Assembly: GCA_014240055.1 (NCBI GenBank)
Contig: JAAZXP010000001.1
Span: 619 to 64,618, forward strand
DNA: 64,000 nucleotides
From: Methanobacteriota archaeon
GTDB lineage: Archaea > Thermoplasmatota > Poseidoniia > MGIII > CG-Epi1
Direction: 5' to 3'
Every line of letters starts with the position of its first letter. Within the stretch, counting starts at the first letter, position 1. A program made the translations under genes and the position numbers. Positions 37,543 to 47,084 of the stretch are shown here, one piece after another. Below the pieces are notes generated by a model, which was not told the origin of the DNA, made no database searches, and saw only the letters and a program-made list of their open reading frames with translations.

Positions 37543-38028
37543 ATGGCTAAGAAAAATCCTGCCCATATGTTTCGGGGCAAGAAAAAAGCATATACTCGAA
37601 AAGAGTACATCGGTGGCGTTCCCGCAAGCCGTATAACTCAGTTCGATATAGGATCAGCAACAACAGATTTTAGTGTTAAGGTTACATTGTCTGCAGACGA
37701 AGAATGTCTTGTAAGACATAATGCTTTGGAATCTGCTAGGGTTACTGCCAATAGGTATATTCAAGCGCGGGCTGGCCGCGAAGGATATCATTTGAAGGTT
37801 AGAGTATATCCTCATCATGTATTGAGACATAATAAAATTGCACAAGGGGCTGGGGCCGATCGAGTTTCAATGGGTATGCGTAAGTCTTTTGGAAAGACAG
37901 TTGGAACTGCAGCTAGGGTTAAATCAGGTCAAAAATTGATTACATTAAGTACTTCAGATGAATTTCTTGCTGAGGCTAAAGAGGCATTGAGAAAACATCC
38001 CACAAGCTTCCAACACCTTGTAAGATAG
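37543..38028 (+). CDS. rpl10e: 50S ribosomal protein L10e (uL16)
   Basis: YTRKEYIGGVP, RVYPHHVLRHNK, GAGADRVSMGMR. Confidence 0.9.
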   Translation: MAKKNPAHMFRGKKKAYTRKEYIGGVPASRITQFDIGSATTDFSVKVTLSADEECLVRHNALESARVTANRYIQARAGREGYHLKVRVYPHHVLRHNKIAQGAGADRVSMGMRKSFGKTVGTAARVKSGQKLITLSTSDEFLAEAKEALRKHPTSFQHLVR

Positions 38029-38044
38029 TGGTCAATCAAAAATA

Positions 38045-38299
38045 ATGGCTGAACTCGTTAAGAAACTAGGATTACCCAAACCTGATGGTTTTTTGTATTT
38101 TGTTGAAAGTGATTGTACCGTCTGGAAACACCAAGGAGGTCAAAAAACTTTGATATCAGATACAGTTATAGAAAGAGAAGATGGATACTTGTATTTTATT
38201 GATCTTAACGGAGATTTAGCTAAAAAAACTAATATTCAACAAATGGATAAAGAAACTAAAGATTTATACAAACCAGGGACACAGGTTCCAAGAAAATAG
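38045..38299 (+). CDS. Hypothetical small protein with two G(F/Y)LYF(V/I) beta-hairpin-like repeats
   Basis: 84 aa. PDGFLYFVESDCTVWK and EDGYLYFIDLNGDLAK look like an internal duplication. Starts 16 nt after rpl10e. No family recognised. Confidence 0.5.
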   Translation: MAELVKKLGLPKPDGFLYFVESDCTVWKHQGGQKTLISDTVIEREDGYLYFIDLNGDLAKKTNIQQMDKETKDLYKPGTQVPRK

Positions 38300-38310
38300 T
38301 TTTTAGAAAG

Positions 38311-39009
38311 CTACCAAAATTTCCACCACGCCTCTTTTTGTGGTAAAGTTCTATTTTTCATTTTATTAGCATAGTCCTCATCACCATCAGATATTCCTTT
38401 TATTATTGCTACATCCATACTTCTGTACGCAATTTTTCCAGCTGGGCTCATATCTTTTAGAGAAATTAAGGCATTAGTGGTCAATGTCTTTAATAATTCA
38501 AGCCTCTTTCTATCAAATTCAATAGTCCCTGAAGCACTTACGTTTTCACCAACTGCATCAGAAATTAATGTTGATAAATCAGTATTGCCATCCAGTTCCT
38601 TTTCTCTAAACCATAATGAAAAGCCAGCTAGAAAGCTCAGTTCGCTTTCTATCCATTCACCCAATGATCTTGATATTAAATCTCTAGTAATTTTGCTATC
38701 TTCTGACCAATATTCTTTTGCATGCTTTGGAAATTTAGTGTCCATTATTGTATTAATTTCCTCTATTTCTTTAGTGCGCAACTTTATCTTTGTAGCTAAA
38801 TTCTCAGATATCCAAGAATAGTTACAGGATATCTTCAGATTGCTATCTTCTTTTTTTTTGAAAAAGTTCAGAGAATCTTGATTTGAAATTACTTCAGCTA
38901 CTTTATCTATACTTAGTTTAGATTCATTAGCAGCCTCTTCAATGGTAAGTTTTTTACCAATTATTGAAATGAAAAGTTCAGCCACTTCACCTTTACCAGG
39001 TTCTTTCAT
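38311..39009 (-). CDS. Hypothetical protein, translationally coupled downstream of isopentenyl phosphate kinase
   Basis: 232-aa ORF with a 4-nt overlap (39006-39009) with the IPK gene. Predicted mostly helical, ends in WWKFW. No family recognised. Confidence 0.55.
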   Translation of the reverse strand: MKEPGKGEVAELFISIIGKKLTIEEAANESKLSIDKVAEVISNQDSLNFFKKKEDSNLKISCNYSWISENLATKIKLRTKEIEEINTIMDTKFPKHAKEYWSEDSKITRDLISRSLGEWIESELSFLAGFSLWFREKELDGNTDLSTLISDAVGENVSASGTIEFDRKRLELLKTLTTNALISLKDMSPAGKIAYRSMDVAIIKGISDGDEDYANKMKNRTLPQKEAWWKFW

Positions 39010-39836
39010 AAAACAACCTCACTTCCTCTTGGATTACCAGTTAATACCATCTCCAAGGAGTCTAAATTAGTTATCCAACATTGGCTGTGCTGAGCTATTT
39101 CGAGTGCACATTCCAATTTTCCAATTAATCCACCGGTAACATCCGTGTTTCCATTGCTAAATGTTTTTTCTTTCAATTCTCTAATGATTTTTGCGTCAAC
39201 TCTAGGAATAACTTTACTATCCTTAGATTTTGGATCGCCATCCATTACTCCAGGCAGATCCATTACAAATACTGAGAAAGCAGGTTTGTATATTCGTGCT
39301 AATTCCATCATTATAACATCACCACTTAGTATATTAATTCCTTGTAATTCATCATCTGTAGCATCACCAAATGTAATGGGTATATTACCTTCTTCAATAC
39401 ACTTATCAAATATTTCAGTAGGGAATTTAGCGATATTTCGGGCACCCTTAGTGATCATAGTTTTAGAGGGGATAACAGATTTAGTTTTCATTCCATTTTT
39501 TTCAATAATACTACATAAAACATGATTTAATTTTTCCATTTGTTCTCTTATCTCAGCAATAGATTTTTTTTGCTCTGGACTTTCGTTTAATCCATCAATT
39601 AGATTAAATTTTTGAGCAATTGGATGTCCGAATGATCCGGCTCCATGGACCACAATAATATCATATTCTTTGTTATTCAAAACTTTTCCAATTCTGTCTA
39701 AATTTATGGTATTAATCTTTGGTGTGTCACTCATTTTTTCGGTAATTAAAGATCCCCCAAATTTTAAAAGAATTTTTTCTTTAGACATGATTCTCTTTGT
39801 AGATATAGATAAGTCGTCAAAAAGGTAGAGTGTCAT
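39006..39836 (-). CDS. Isopentenyl phosphate kinase (amino-acid-kinase fold)
   Basis: LLKFGGSLITEK and VVHGAGSFGHP motifs. The true start is probably the internal Met (MSKEKILLKFGGS, about nt 39788). Confidence 0.85.
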   Translation of the reverse strand: MTLYLFDDLSISTKRIMSKEKILLKFGGSLITEKMSDTPKINTINLDRIGKVLNNKEYDIIVVHGAGSFGHPIAQKFNLIDGLNESPEQKKSIAEIREQMEKLNHVLCSIIEKNGMKTKSVIPSKTMITKGARNIAKFPTEIFDKCIEEGNIPITFGDATDDELQGINILSGDVIMMELARIYKPAFSVFVMDLPGVMDGDPKSKDSKVIPRVDAKIIRELKEKTFSNGNTDVTGGLIGKLECALEIAQHSQCWITNLDSLEMVLTGNPRGSEVVL

Positions 39837-39865
39837 TGATTAAATAGCACTATCAATGCCTAAAA

Positions 39866-41005
39866 GTGCAGAATAAGATAGGTCTTGCCTTGTTCGGGGC
39901 TTTGTGTTATAATTTGACTCAAGGTTTAGCCTTTACTTTAGTTAGGATGCAGGCAAATGCACTTGGCGATTTTCGAACTTTAGGTTTAGTGGTGGGTTTA
40001 CCCAATTTTGCCCTCGTGGGTGGTTCTTTCTTTTGGGGAGTTATAGCTGATCGCTGGCAAAACCGTAAAGCTGTCGTTGTATTGTGCGCGATGTTTTCTG
40101 CAATTTTGTATATTCCGTTACCGTGGTTAAGTCCATTTGGTTTGATAGTTGTTAGGACTTTGCAGTCTTTTTTTCTCGGTGGAATGGTTCAGATAGCAAC
40201 ATTATTTTCTGAGTTAAATCCGGAAGCTAGAGCAACATTGATGGGAAAGCTTGAGGCTGCCTTAGGTTTTGGATGGGGTGCAGGAGCTTTTCTGGGTGGT
40301 TTTCTTGTATTGTCTGAGGATTATGGTTCATCTCATCCAACGGTTATTTTTTCCTTTTTACTAACGGCTTCATTAGGTATTTTTGCAGTTGTTGGATATA
40401 TGGGCTCAACAGAAAGATATACAGCTAGGGAGGTAATTCGGTTAGAATTTGGAGAGTATTTTTGGCCAATATCTCGGCTCTTTGTTACGACTTTTATTAT
40501 GTTTTTTGGATATATGTTTTTTTTGAGTATATCTCCTATATATCTAACAGAAGTTGCAGGTTCAAGTTTTGGTATGGGGATTATAGTTTTACTTAGTGGA
40601 ATAGTTCATGCCATCTCAGCACCATATATTGGAAGATTAGTCGATGCCTATCCTAGAGAGAATGCGATAAGAGCCTCAACGATAATGGTATTTCTTAGTT
40701 TAACTATTTACTCCTTAACAAATAATATATATTTGATAACTTTAGCTTTTTTACCTCCAATATACATGACTTATTTTTTGGGAGCTAGAGCAATCATTGC
40801 CGATAATGTCCCTTATCAACTTCGCGCTAGAGCCATGGGTCTTCTTACTTCATTTAGTCTATTGGGGAGTGGAGTAGGCAGTATTGTGGTAGGTGAGCTA
40901 TTAGTAAATATGAATTTTCAAGATGCTTTTCGTATAGGTTCTTTTTTGACCTTCATATCTATGTTAGTGGGTTGGTATCCTATAAATAATAAAAATCATT
41001 CGTGA
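39866..41005 (+). CDS. MFS transporter
   Basis: About 12 hydrophobic helices. Motif-A-like GVIADRWQNRK between TM2 and TM3. GTG start. Confidence 0.8.
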   Translation: MQNKIGLALFGALCYNLTQGLAFTLVRMQANALGDFRTLGLVVGLPNFALVGGSFFWGVIADRWQNRKAVVVLCAMFSAILYIPLPWLSPFGLIVVRTLQSFFLGGMVQIATLFSELNPEARATLMGKLEAALGFGWGAGAFLGGFLVLSEDYGSSHPTVIFSFLLTASLGIFAVVGYMGSTERYTAREVIRLEFGEYFWPISRLFVTTFIMFFGYMFFLSISPIYLTEVAGSSFGMGIIVLLSGIVHAISAPYIGRLVDAYPRENAIRASTIMVFLSLTIYSLTNNIYLITLAFLPPIYMTYFLGARAIIADNVPYQLRARAMGLLTSFSLLGSGVGSIVVGELLVNMNFQDAFRIGSFLTFISMLVGWYPINNKNHS

Positions 41006-42108
41006 TTAATACGTATATTTTTATCTTTGAGATAATCCATAACAAAATCGTAGTTTTGTTTATTTTGACCTAATATTTCGGGGCAAAGAATTCCAGTTTC
41101 AGTTATTCTATTTTCAATTATAAGCTTTGCGAATGCACAAGCAGTTAATCCTGTAGTTCTTGCCATACTACTCCACCCATCAGTCCTCTCATCGTATACT
41201 GTGTAGTTAATTTCAGAGTCATCCTTTTTGACTGCAGTAATTATCATAAATGTAAACTCTTCATCATCCTCCAATAATTTCCATTCTTCAAATAATTCAA
41301 GGCATGTCTTTTCTTTCTTCGTCATCACAGTTCCATTAAAGTTTACGATTTCATTAGAAAAGCTATCTTTAGCTATTAATTCCTTCACTAATTGGGCATG
41401 GCCAGGATATCTAATTGTATATTCAAGAAGATTAGGAATTTCTGATATTTTTTCATCTGATTTAAGTAAAGTTCTTAGTCCATCAGTTAAGAAAGCTTCA
41501 AGGGCTCCAATATCTTCAACTTCAAAATTTATAATATCAGATAGGGCCTCTTTTACTTTAATTTGTCCGTTGATTTTGATCCGAGCTGGCCTAGTATATT
41601 CTTCAATTACATCGATTGGTGAAAATGGAGCTTTATAATTCCAAGGTGGTTTTTTATCTTTGGGAAGGCCACCTACCATGGTTCTAATTTCTTTTATATC
41701 ATTATTTGCAACAATATGTCCAATAATTAAATTACTTAGTCCAGGTGCAACTCCAGCATCAGGAATAATGGTGCAATTATGTTCCAATGCAAGGCTTGAA
41801 AGATCTAGACAATCTTCGGGCATAAAGGAAATATCTGTGCAAGAGATACCAAGTTTTATTAATTTTTTTAGGATACTAAAACCCATAAATCCAGGAAGAC
41901 AGTTAATGGCAAGTTGATAATTTTTAATTTCGGTTTCGAATAAAGAGTTATTAACATCTAATATTTTAATTCTAGTATTTGGATTTCTATTTTCAACTTC
42001 TTTTAGATTATCTTTAGAATTATCAAAAACAGTTATTTGATAGTCTTTTGCAAGTTCAGTAGCTATAAGAGATCCTACCATTCCACTTCCAATGACTGCT
42101 ATCTGCAT
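40996..42108 (-). CDS. Saccharopine dehydrogenase-family NAD(P) oxidoreductase
   Basis: Rossmann motif at the corrected start, MQIAVIGSGMVGS. The remainder resembles the Sacchrp_dh N- and C-domains. The tracked start at 42171 would overlap sepF, so I moved it to ATG 42108. Confidence 0.72.
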   Translation of the reverse strand: MQIAVIGSGMVGSLIATELAKDYQITVFDNSKDNLKEVENRNPNTRIKILDVNNSLFETEIKNYQLAINCLPGFMGFSILKKLIKLGISCTDISFMPEDCLDLSSLALEHNCTIIPDAGVAPGLSNLIIGHIVANNDIKEIRTMVGGLPKDKKPPWNYKAPFSPIDVIEEYTRPARIKINGQIKVKEALSDIINFEVEDIGALEAFLTDGLRTLLKSDEKISEIPNLLEYTIRYPGHAQLVKELIAKDSFSNEIVNFNGTVMTKKEKTCLELFEEWKLLEDDEEFTFMIITAVKKDDSEINYTVYDERTDGWSSMARTTGLTACAFAKLIIENRITETGILCPEILGQNKQNYDFVMDYLKDKNIRINHE

Positions 42109-42113
42109 TTGGT

Positions 42114-42470
42114 TCAGACACTCATTTTCTTTCTGGAAACTCTTACACCATTTGGAGCTACGACTATCCATTTCTGACTTACGCCAACTAAATCACCATC
42201 AATGTCTGCCACAGCTCTTTCTAATTCAGCAAGTATCTTGTGTAACGTCTCTTGGTCGGAAGTGAGTGGCGTAAAGTCTATTAGAATCATGTTTCCATCA
42301 TGAAGTTCAGTAGTAATTTGTTTTATTTGTTCTGGCTTGCTTAGCATCATAGTGTGAACAACCATGGACGCCTTGCCTCCATAATCTTCAGCTTTGTCAG
42401 CACTCCAATTTCTCAAATCAAAAAATTGTTCAGTAGGTATTCTTCTCATTTGGGGTGGTGCAGCTGCCAT
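42114..42470 (-). CDS. sepF: Cell division protein SepF (FtsZ anchor)
   Basis: 118 aa with a DUF552/SepF-like core VVHTMMLSKPEQIKQITTELHDGNMILIDFTPL...DIDGDLVGVSQKWIVVAPNGVRV. Confidence 0.7.
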   Translation of the reverse strand: MAAAPPQMRRIPTEQFFDLRNWSADKAEDYGGKASMVVHTMMLSKPEQIKQITTELHDGNMILIDFTPLTSDQETLHKILAELERAVADIDGDLVGVSQKWIVVAPNGVRVSRKKMSV

Positions 42471-42490
42471 GTTTGAATATTCAGTTGTAG

Positions 42491-45400
42491 TTAATTAGGC
42501 TTCCTGTGTTTTAAAACGGAAATTCCGATTATTATTACTGAAACTGTAATAAAATTAGGATATGGTAAAATACTAGATTTAACTTTAGCTTTGAAACTGG
42601 CCTCTTTTGTCATGTTATTGTTATCTTGAACAATTTCTCCGTTTAAGACCGAAGCTATTACTTCAAATTCATGATATCCTGGAAGTGCGACCCATTCATA
42701 ATTGAAAGCTTTAGTTTCCTCGGCTTTAATGCTGTATTCCCAAGTTTTAACAATTTCATCATCTATCAATAAGTTAACAGTACCTATGGCTGTATCTCCA
42801 TTGTATAACACAGATTGGTATGTCTCATTATAATTTTTTAAGACAAATTCAATATTCTGTGTCTTACCTCTTTCTTTAGTTCCTTTAATGTCTAATGATT
42901 CAACGTATATATCTGCCCAGCCTAATACTTCAACAGTACTAGTGTTTGTTCTATAATTTCCTTTTTGATCCATTAATTCGTAGTCTAAGACTAGGGTTCC
43001 AGTATATTCCATTTCGACTATTAAATTAAAATTCGAGCCTTGTTCATCATATGACAATTCAGTTCTCTTATTTCCCTCATAATCATATACTGTAATAGTT
43101 AAGAAGTTGATATAAGCTTCGCTTTCTTCATCATAAGCATTTAAGTATATTTCAAAATCTTGTCCATATCTCGGATTAGAAGGGTGTGTGTTCAATACAC
43201 CCCATGGTTTGTAGTCTGCATAAAATTCAGTTTCATAGTAATTGCTTCCCACAGGATTTTGATTAACAGTCAGTCCTAAAGTGTGAAATCCTCCAGTTTC
43301 AATTAATATTGAAATTATTTCATTGTTTCCAGCTAGTTCAAGGCCGTCGAGAGTCCATGTATATTCAATATTTATTCCAGATGAGTTTGAAGCATCAAAT
43401 GAAATCCAATCGCCCTCATTAATTAATGGATTAAAATCGAAATTTGAAAACGGATTATTGTAAACATTAATAGTAACTGTGAAAACGGAGGTCCACAGTT
43501 CTGTGTCGGTATTTCGCCCGGAACAGTTCAGTAGATATGTTCCAGCTTCATTAGCCATGAAAGTGAATGAACTATTTGTTTCATGATTTCCACTCTCTAT
43601 ACTTGTTAAATCAGAATCGGTTGTATTCGGATAAACATTCCATCTGTAGAGATCAATTTCACCCCAGCTTGAAATGCTTTGAAATATAAATGGTTCCCCA
43701 GTTACCAAGTCAATTTCTGCAACCTGTATTGAGAGTGTAGGGACCTCAACAGCTTCGATGTAAAATACTACTGTGTTTTCTCCCCCTCTTTGGTCAATTA
43801 CTCTTAATTCAAGTTCATGGTTCCCAACAGGTAATGAGATTTCTATTATTTCACCATTAAATTCCTGCAGATTGTATTCCCAGAAATATTCCAGAGAGTC
43901 ATTTTCAGTATCAGTAGTGGCACCTCCATCAACTTCAATAAGTCTTTCAGATGGTATTTTCCACATATAAATATCAAGTTTCATCCCTTCCTCAATATGT
44001 ATGTCTGGCTGAGGGGGTGAGTTTTCAACTATAATGTTTTTTACTGTAGAATTTATTCCACTTTGATCGTCAGTTGTGTAGAGGGTAATTGTATAATTGC
44101 CTGGCAATGCAAAGCGATGTTCAGGGGATTGTAATATTGACATTTCCCCATCGCCAAAATCCCACAGCCATTCTTCTATTTCACCATCATCATCATATGA
44201 TAAATCTGTAAAAGTAAAGGTGGTTCGAGTGTCTCCTTCTTGAGGATTCAATTCAAAGTCTACAATAGGTAATTTATTTATTACTTCTATCAAATAATAG
44301 ACTGTAGTTATATCACTTAGATCATCGATTAATTTCAGAGATACATTGTACATTCCTGAATTCTTATATTCATGATCAGTTGTAGCCATATTTGAGGTGT
44401 ATCCGTCATCAAAATTCCATTGGTAAAATTCAACTTCCCCATCAACATCATATGAATCTGAAGCATCAAATGCAATTTCTTCTCCCAGCATAATTACTAG
44501 TTTCGAAATTTGTACAACAGGAATTGGTCTTTTATTAACAAATATATTTAATATGACTGAGTCTTCAAGTCCATTGTTATCTCTTACAGTTAGTATAACA
44601 TCATAGCTCCCGTTCTCATTAAAACTATGAGTTGGATTCTCAGTATATGCAAACTTCCCATCTCCAAAGTTCCAAGTATAATTCACAATGTTTCCATCTT
44701 CATCCCAGGATTCATCTCCATAAAATTGTAGTTCTGTACCTTCAGCAATAACAGCTTCATCCGCATCAGCTATTGCATGAGGTTTAGATAGGAAGCTAAT
44801 GTCTAGAATAATGTTATCTCCGTCAACCTCAATATTCTCAATTTTCCATCCAGATTCAGTTTCATTGTATGCTAATGAATTTGGATAAGTATCTTTACTA
44901 AAAGATCCCGAAGTGTATGGGTCGCTATCGTCACCTCTATTCGCTCCAGAATCTAAATCGTCATCTCCATCAGCTTCCTCTAAATCCATTCCTTTGTGCT
45001 CTTCATCATTATTAACTGTGTTAGAATTCCATTTAGACTCCATAATTTCTTCATCAATATGCCAAATTAGAAGTCCTTCACCAGGAAGATAAGTATCATA
45101 TTTTGTTTGTTGTCGATTTTCAAGCAAAAAGTATTGCTTTGATTCAGACCAATTTCCAGGTATAGGGAGTTTGTAGATTTTCCCACCTTCTGAAACGGGT
45201 TCAATAACGAAATTTGTTACGTCATCTTCGATGAGTATAGGTTCTTCCCATCCTAACCAGTATCTAGAAAAAGCACTGAAATAAACTGGAGTTTCTCCGT
45301 TGTTTCCCCAAGAACCTGCAGCCATAACGGCCCAATTACCAGACCCTTCTGATGATCCATCAGTATCATAGAAATCAGGTAATCCTAGTTCATGTCCAAA

Positions 45401-45967
45401 TTCATGGCACCAAACACCCAAAGGATTTCTTTCACCACCGGATTCTTGATATTCAGGTACTTGAGTGATTTTTCTGACTACGTAATCGTCACCATTTTCA
45501 TCTTCATCATCGGTATTTATCGTAATGCTTGGCCAATGTGCTGACCAAATATCATCGTTGTCACCCGTGGATTCTCCACCAGGCCCAGAGTGAATTGCAA
45601 TGACTGCATCAAAATCAGGATAGTAGATATCATCGTCTGCAATTTCCACACTGTCTCTCACAAAGCTATTTCCACTTGAATATTCAGCAGCATTTCCATC
45701 AAGAGTATATGGACCAAAAACTTCACCTTGAATGTTTAGAGAACTTCCTGAAACTTCGTCAAAGTAGTCCCACATAGAATTTGAGCTAGCAAATGCAATA
45801 TCTTCAAAATAATCTTGGTCATGATCGGTTTGAAATTCTTGATCTTCAAATCCCGACATAATAAATGCTATCTCAATGGTACCAGTACTAGGTGCAGCTT
45901 CTGTATCCATTACAACAAATAATGATAAAATTAATAATCCAGCTAGGAGTTGTAATCTTTGAGTCAT
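42491..45967 (-). CDS. Secreted M6 (immune inhibitor A-like) zinc metalloprotease with PKD repeat array and C-terminal anchor
   Basis: Signal peptide. HExxH in VWCHEFGHELGLPDFYD (45392-45406). At least 3 clear PKD modules (YTWNFGDG, YQWNFDDG, WLWDFGDG) plus degenerate ones. C-terminus ILPYPNFITVSVIIIGISVLKHRKPN. Confidence 0.85.
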   Translation of the reverse strand: MTQRLQLLAGLLILSLFVVMDTEAAPSTGTIEIAFIMSGFEDQEFQTDHDQDYFEDIAFASSNSMWDYFDEVSGSSLNIQGEVFGPYTLDGNAAEYSSGNSFVRDSVEIADDDIYYPDFDAVIAIHSGPGGESTGDNDDIWSAHWPSITINTDDEDENGDDYVVRKITQVPEYQESGGERNPLGVWCHEFGHELGLPDFYDTDGSSEGSGNWAVMAAGSWGNNGETPVYFSAFSRYWLGWEEPILIEDDVTNFVIEPVSEGGKIYKLPIPGNWSESKQYFLLENRQQTKYDTYLPGEGLLIWHIDEEIMESKWNSNTVNNDEEHKGMDLEEADGDDDLDSGANRGDDSDPYTSGSFSKDTYPNSLAYNETESGWKIENIEVDGDNIILDISFLSKPHAIADADEAVIAEGTELQFYGDESWDEDGNIVNYTWNFGDGKFAYTENPTHSFNENGSYDVILTVRDNNGLEDSVILNIFVNKRPIPVVQISKLVIMLGEEIAFDASDSYDVDGEVEFYQWNFDDGYTSNMATTDHEYKNSGMYNVSLKLIDDLSDITTVYYLIEVINKLPIVDFELNPQEGDTRTTFTFTDLSYDDDGEIEEWLWDFGDGEMSILQSPEHRFALPGNYTITLYTTDDQSGINSTVKNIIVENSPPQPDIHIEEGMKLDIYMWKIPSERLIEVDGGATTDTENDSLEYFWEYNLQEFNGEIIEISLPVGNHELELRVIDQRGGENTVVFYIEAVEVPTLSIQVAEIDLVTGEPFIFQSISSWGEIDLYRWNVYPNTTDSDLTSIESGNHETNSSFTFMANEAGTYLLNCSGRNTDTELWTSVFTVTINVYNNPFSNFDFNPLINEGDWISFDASNSSGINIEYTWTLDGLELAGNNEIISILIETGGFHTLGLTVNQNPVGSNYYETEFYADYKPWGVLNTHPSNPRYGQDFEIYLNAYDEESEAYINFLTITVYDYEGNKRTELSYDEQGSNFNLIVEMEYTGTLVLDYELMDQKGNYRTNTSTVEVLGWADIYVESLDIKGTKERGKTQNIEFVLKNYNETYQSVLYNGDTAIGTVNLLIDDEIVKTWEYSIKAEETKAFNYEWVALPGYHEFEVIASVLNGEIVQDNNNMTKEASFKAKVKSSILPYPNFITVSVIIIGISVLKHRKPN

Positions 45968-46000
45968 TATTAGAGAATGTTCAAGAGGAGATATTAAGGT

Positions 46001-47017
46001 TCAGTCAGAAACAAATCCCAATGGATCAGAAAGAATATTGTCTCTAGCCTCATGTGTGATTTTAACTGGCTTTTCACCATAAAATACTTCATTGTTATTT
46101 CTCATGGTTTCCAAAGTACCGACTCCCATTGCAAAGTTAACTGCAGCTCCAGCTCTGAAACCTGCATACTCATCTGGTATTGCATTTAGATATTCTTTAA
46201 CAGGTTCGATATGTTGGCATGCATTATCAAGCATTGCATCTAACATTGCCATAGATTGTTTTTCATATTCAGGTTTTAGAAGATCAGCAGGCACTAGGTT
46301 GTGTTTTTCAAATAAAAACCCGGGCCAGAAAATTTTTTCATTATCTAAAATATCTTCTCTATAATCTCTAATGATATTGACTTTTTGGAGAAATAGTCCA
46401 AAATCTCTTTCGTTATCTCTTAGTATAGCTGAATTTTCATTGGAGAGGTCTTTAGATCTAGTTCTAATAAGTTCAGTCAGAAATCCAGAAGGCGTTCCTG
46501 CAACATAGTAGCAGTATTCGTTCAAATCTTCGAATGAATATACTTCTTGTCTTAGGAATTTTTGCATTCCAAAGTTCATTTCCTTTAACCATCTAACCAT
46601 GCACTCTTTCGTGCGTTCATCAAAGCTGTCATGCACTGTGAGAATACTTTCCATGTTCTTTACTAAATCACGATATTTGGGATTGGCTACCATCTCGTCG
46701 GCTGAATCAACTAGGGTTTTAGCTTTTTCTTTAGCAGAAAGACTGCTTGGACTTTCCAAAACTTCCATTAGTAAATTCATAGAATGAATTCTTTCTTCCA
46801 AAGTTATTTCTCTTCTTCCAATATCGTCTTCGAAAGTGTCTAGTATTCTAGCTTCTAAATAGCCTACCATAATGGGGCCTAAAATATTATTTTCAACTAG
46901 GGGAATAGTTAAGGCAAATGAACGGGAAACTGATTGAAGTGCACCTTTACAGTAATCCATACTCTCTTGGAGTAATTCTCCAGTTTTGCTCTTGACTGCA
47001 CCGTACAATGATGGCAT
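46001..47017 (-). CDS. Squalene/phytoene synthase family enzyme, squalene-synthase-like
   Basis: SRSFALTIP, first Asp-rich motif ARILDTFEDD, second motif GLFLQKVNIIRDYREDI (close to the squalene synthase signature). Confidence 0.8.
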   Translation of the reverse strand: MPSLYGAVKSKTGELLQESMDYCKGALQSVSRSFALTIPLVENNILGPIMVGYLEARILDTFEDDIGRREITLEERIHSMNLLMEVLESPSSLSAKEKAKTLVDSADEMVANPKYRDLVKNMESILTVHDSFDERTKECMVRWLKEMNFGMQKFLRQEVYSFEDLNEYCYYVAGTPSGFLTELIRTRSKDLSNENSAILRDNERDFGLFLQKVNIIRDYREDILDNEKIFWPGFLFEKHNLVPADLLKPEYEKQSMAMLDAMLDNACQHIEPVKEYLNAIPDEYAGFRAGAAVNFAMGVGTLETMRNNNEVFYGEKPVKITHEARDNILSDPLGFVSD

Positions 47018-47084
47018 ATTAAGCTCCTATTCGGACTCCTTAAATTGACGAAGTATATTTAAAACTAGGTTTTTGTAAGGATAT

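Noticed and set aside
42109-42171. Upstream extension of the saccharopine dehydrogenase-family ORF.
   Set aside because: It overlaps the sepF 3' end. The Rossmann motif begins right after the internal Met (MQIAVIGSG), so ATG 42108 is the likely start.
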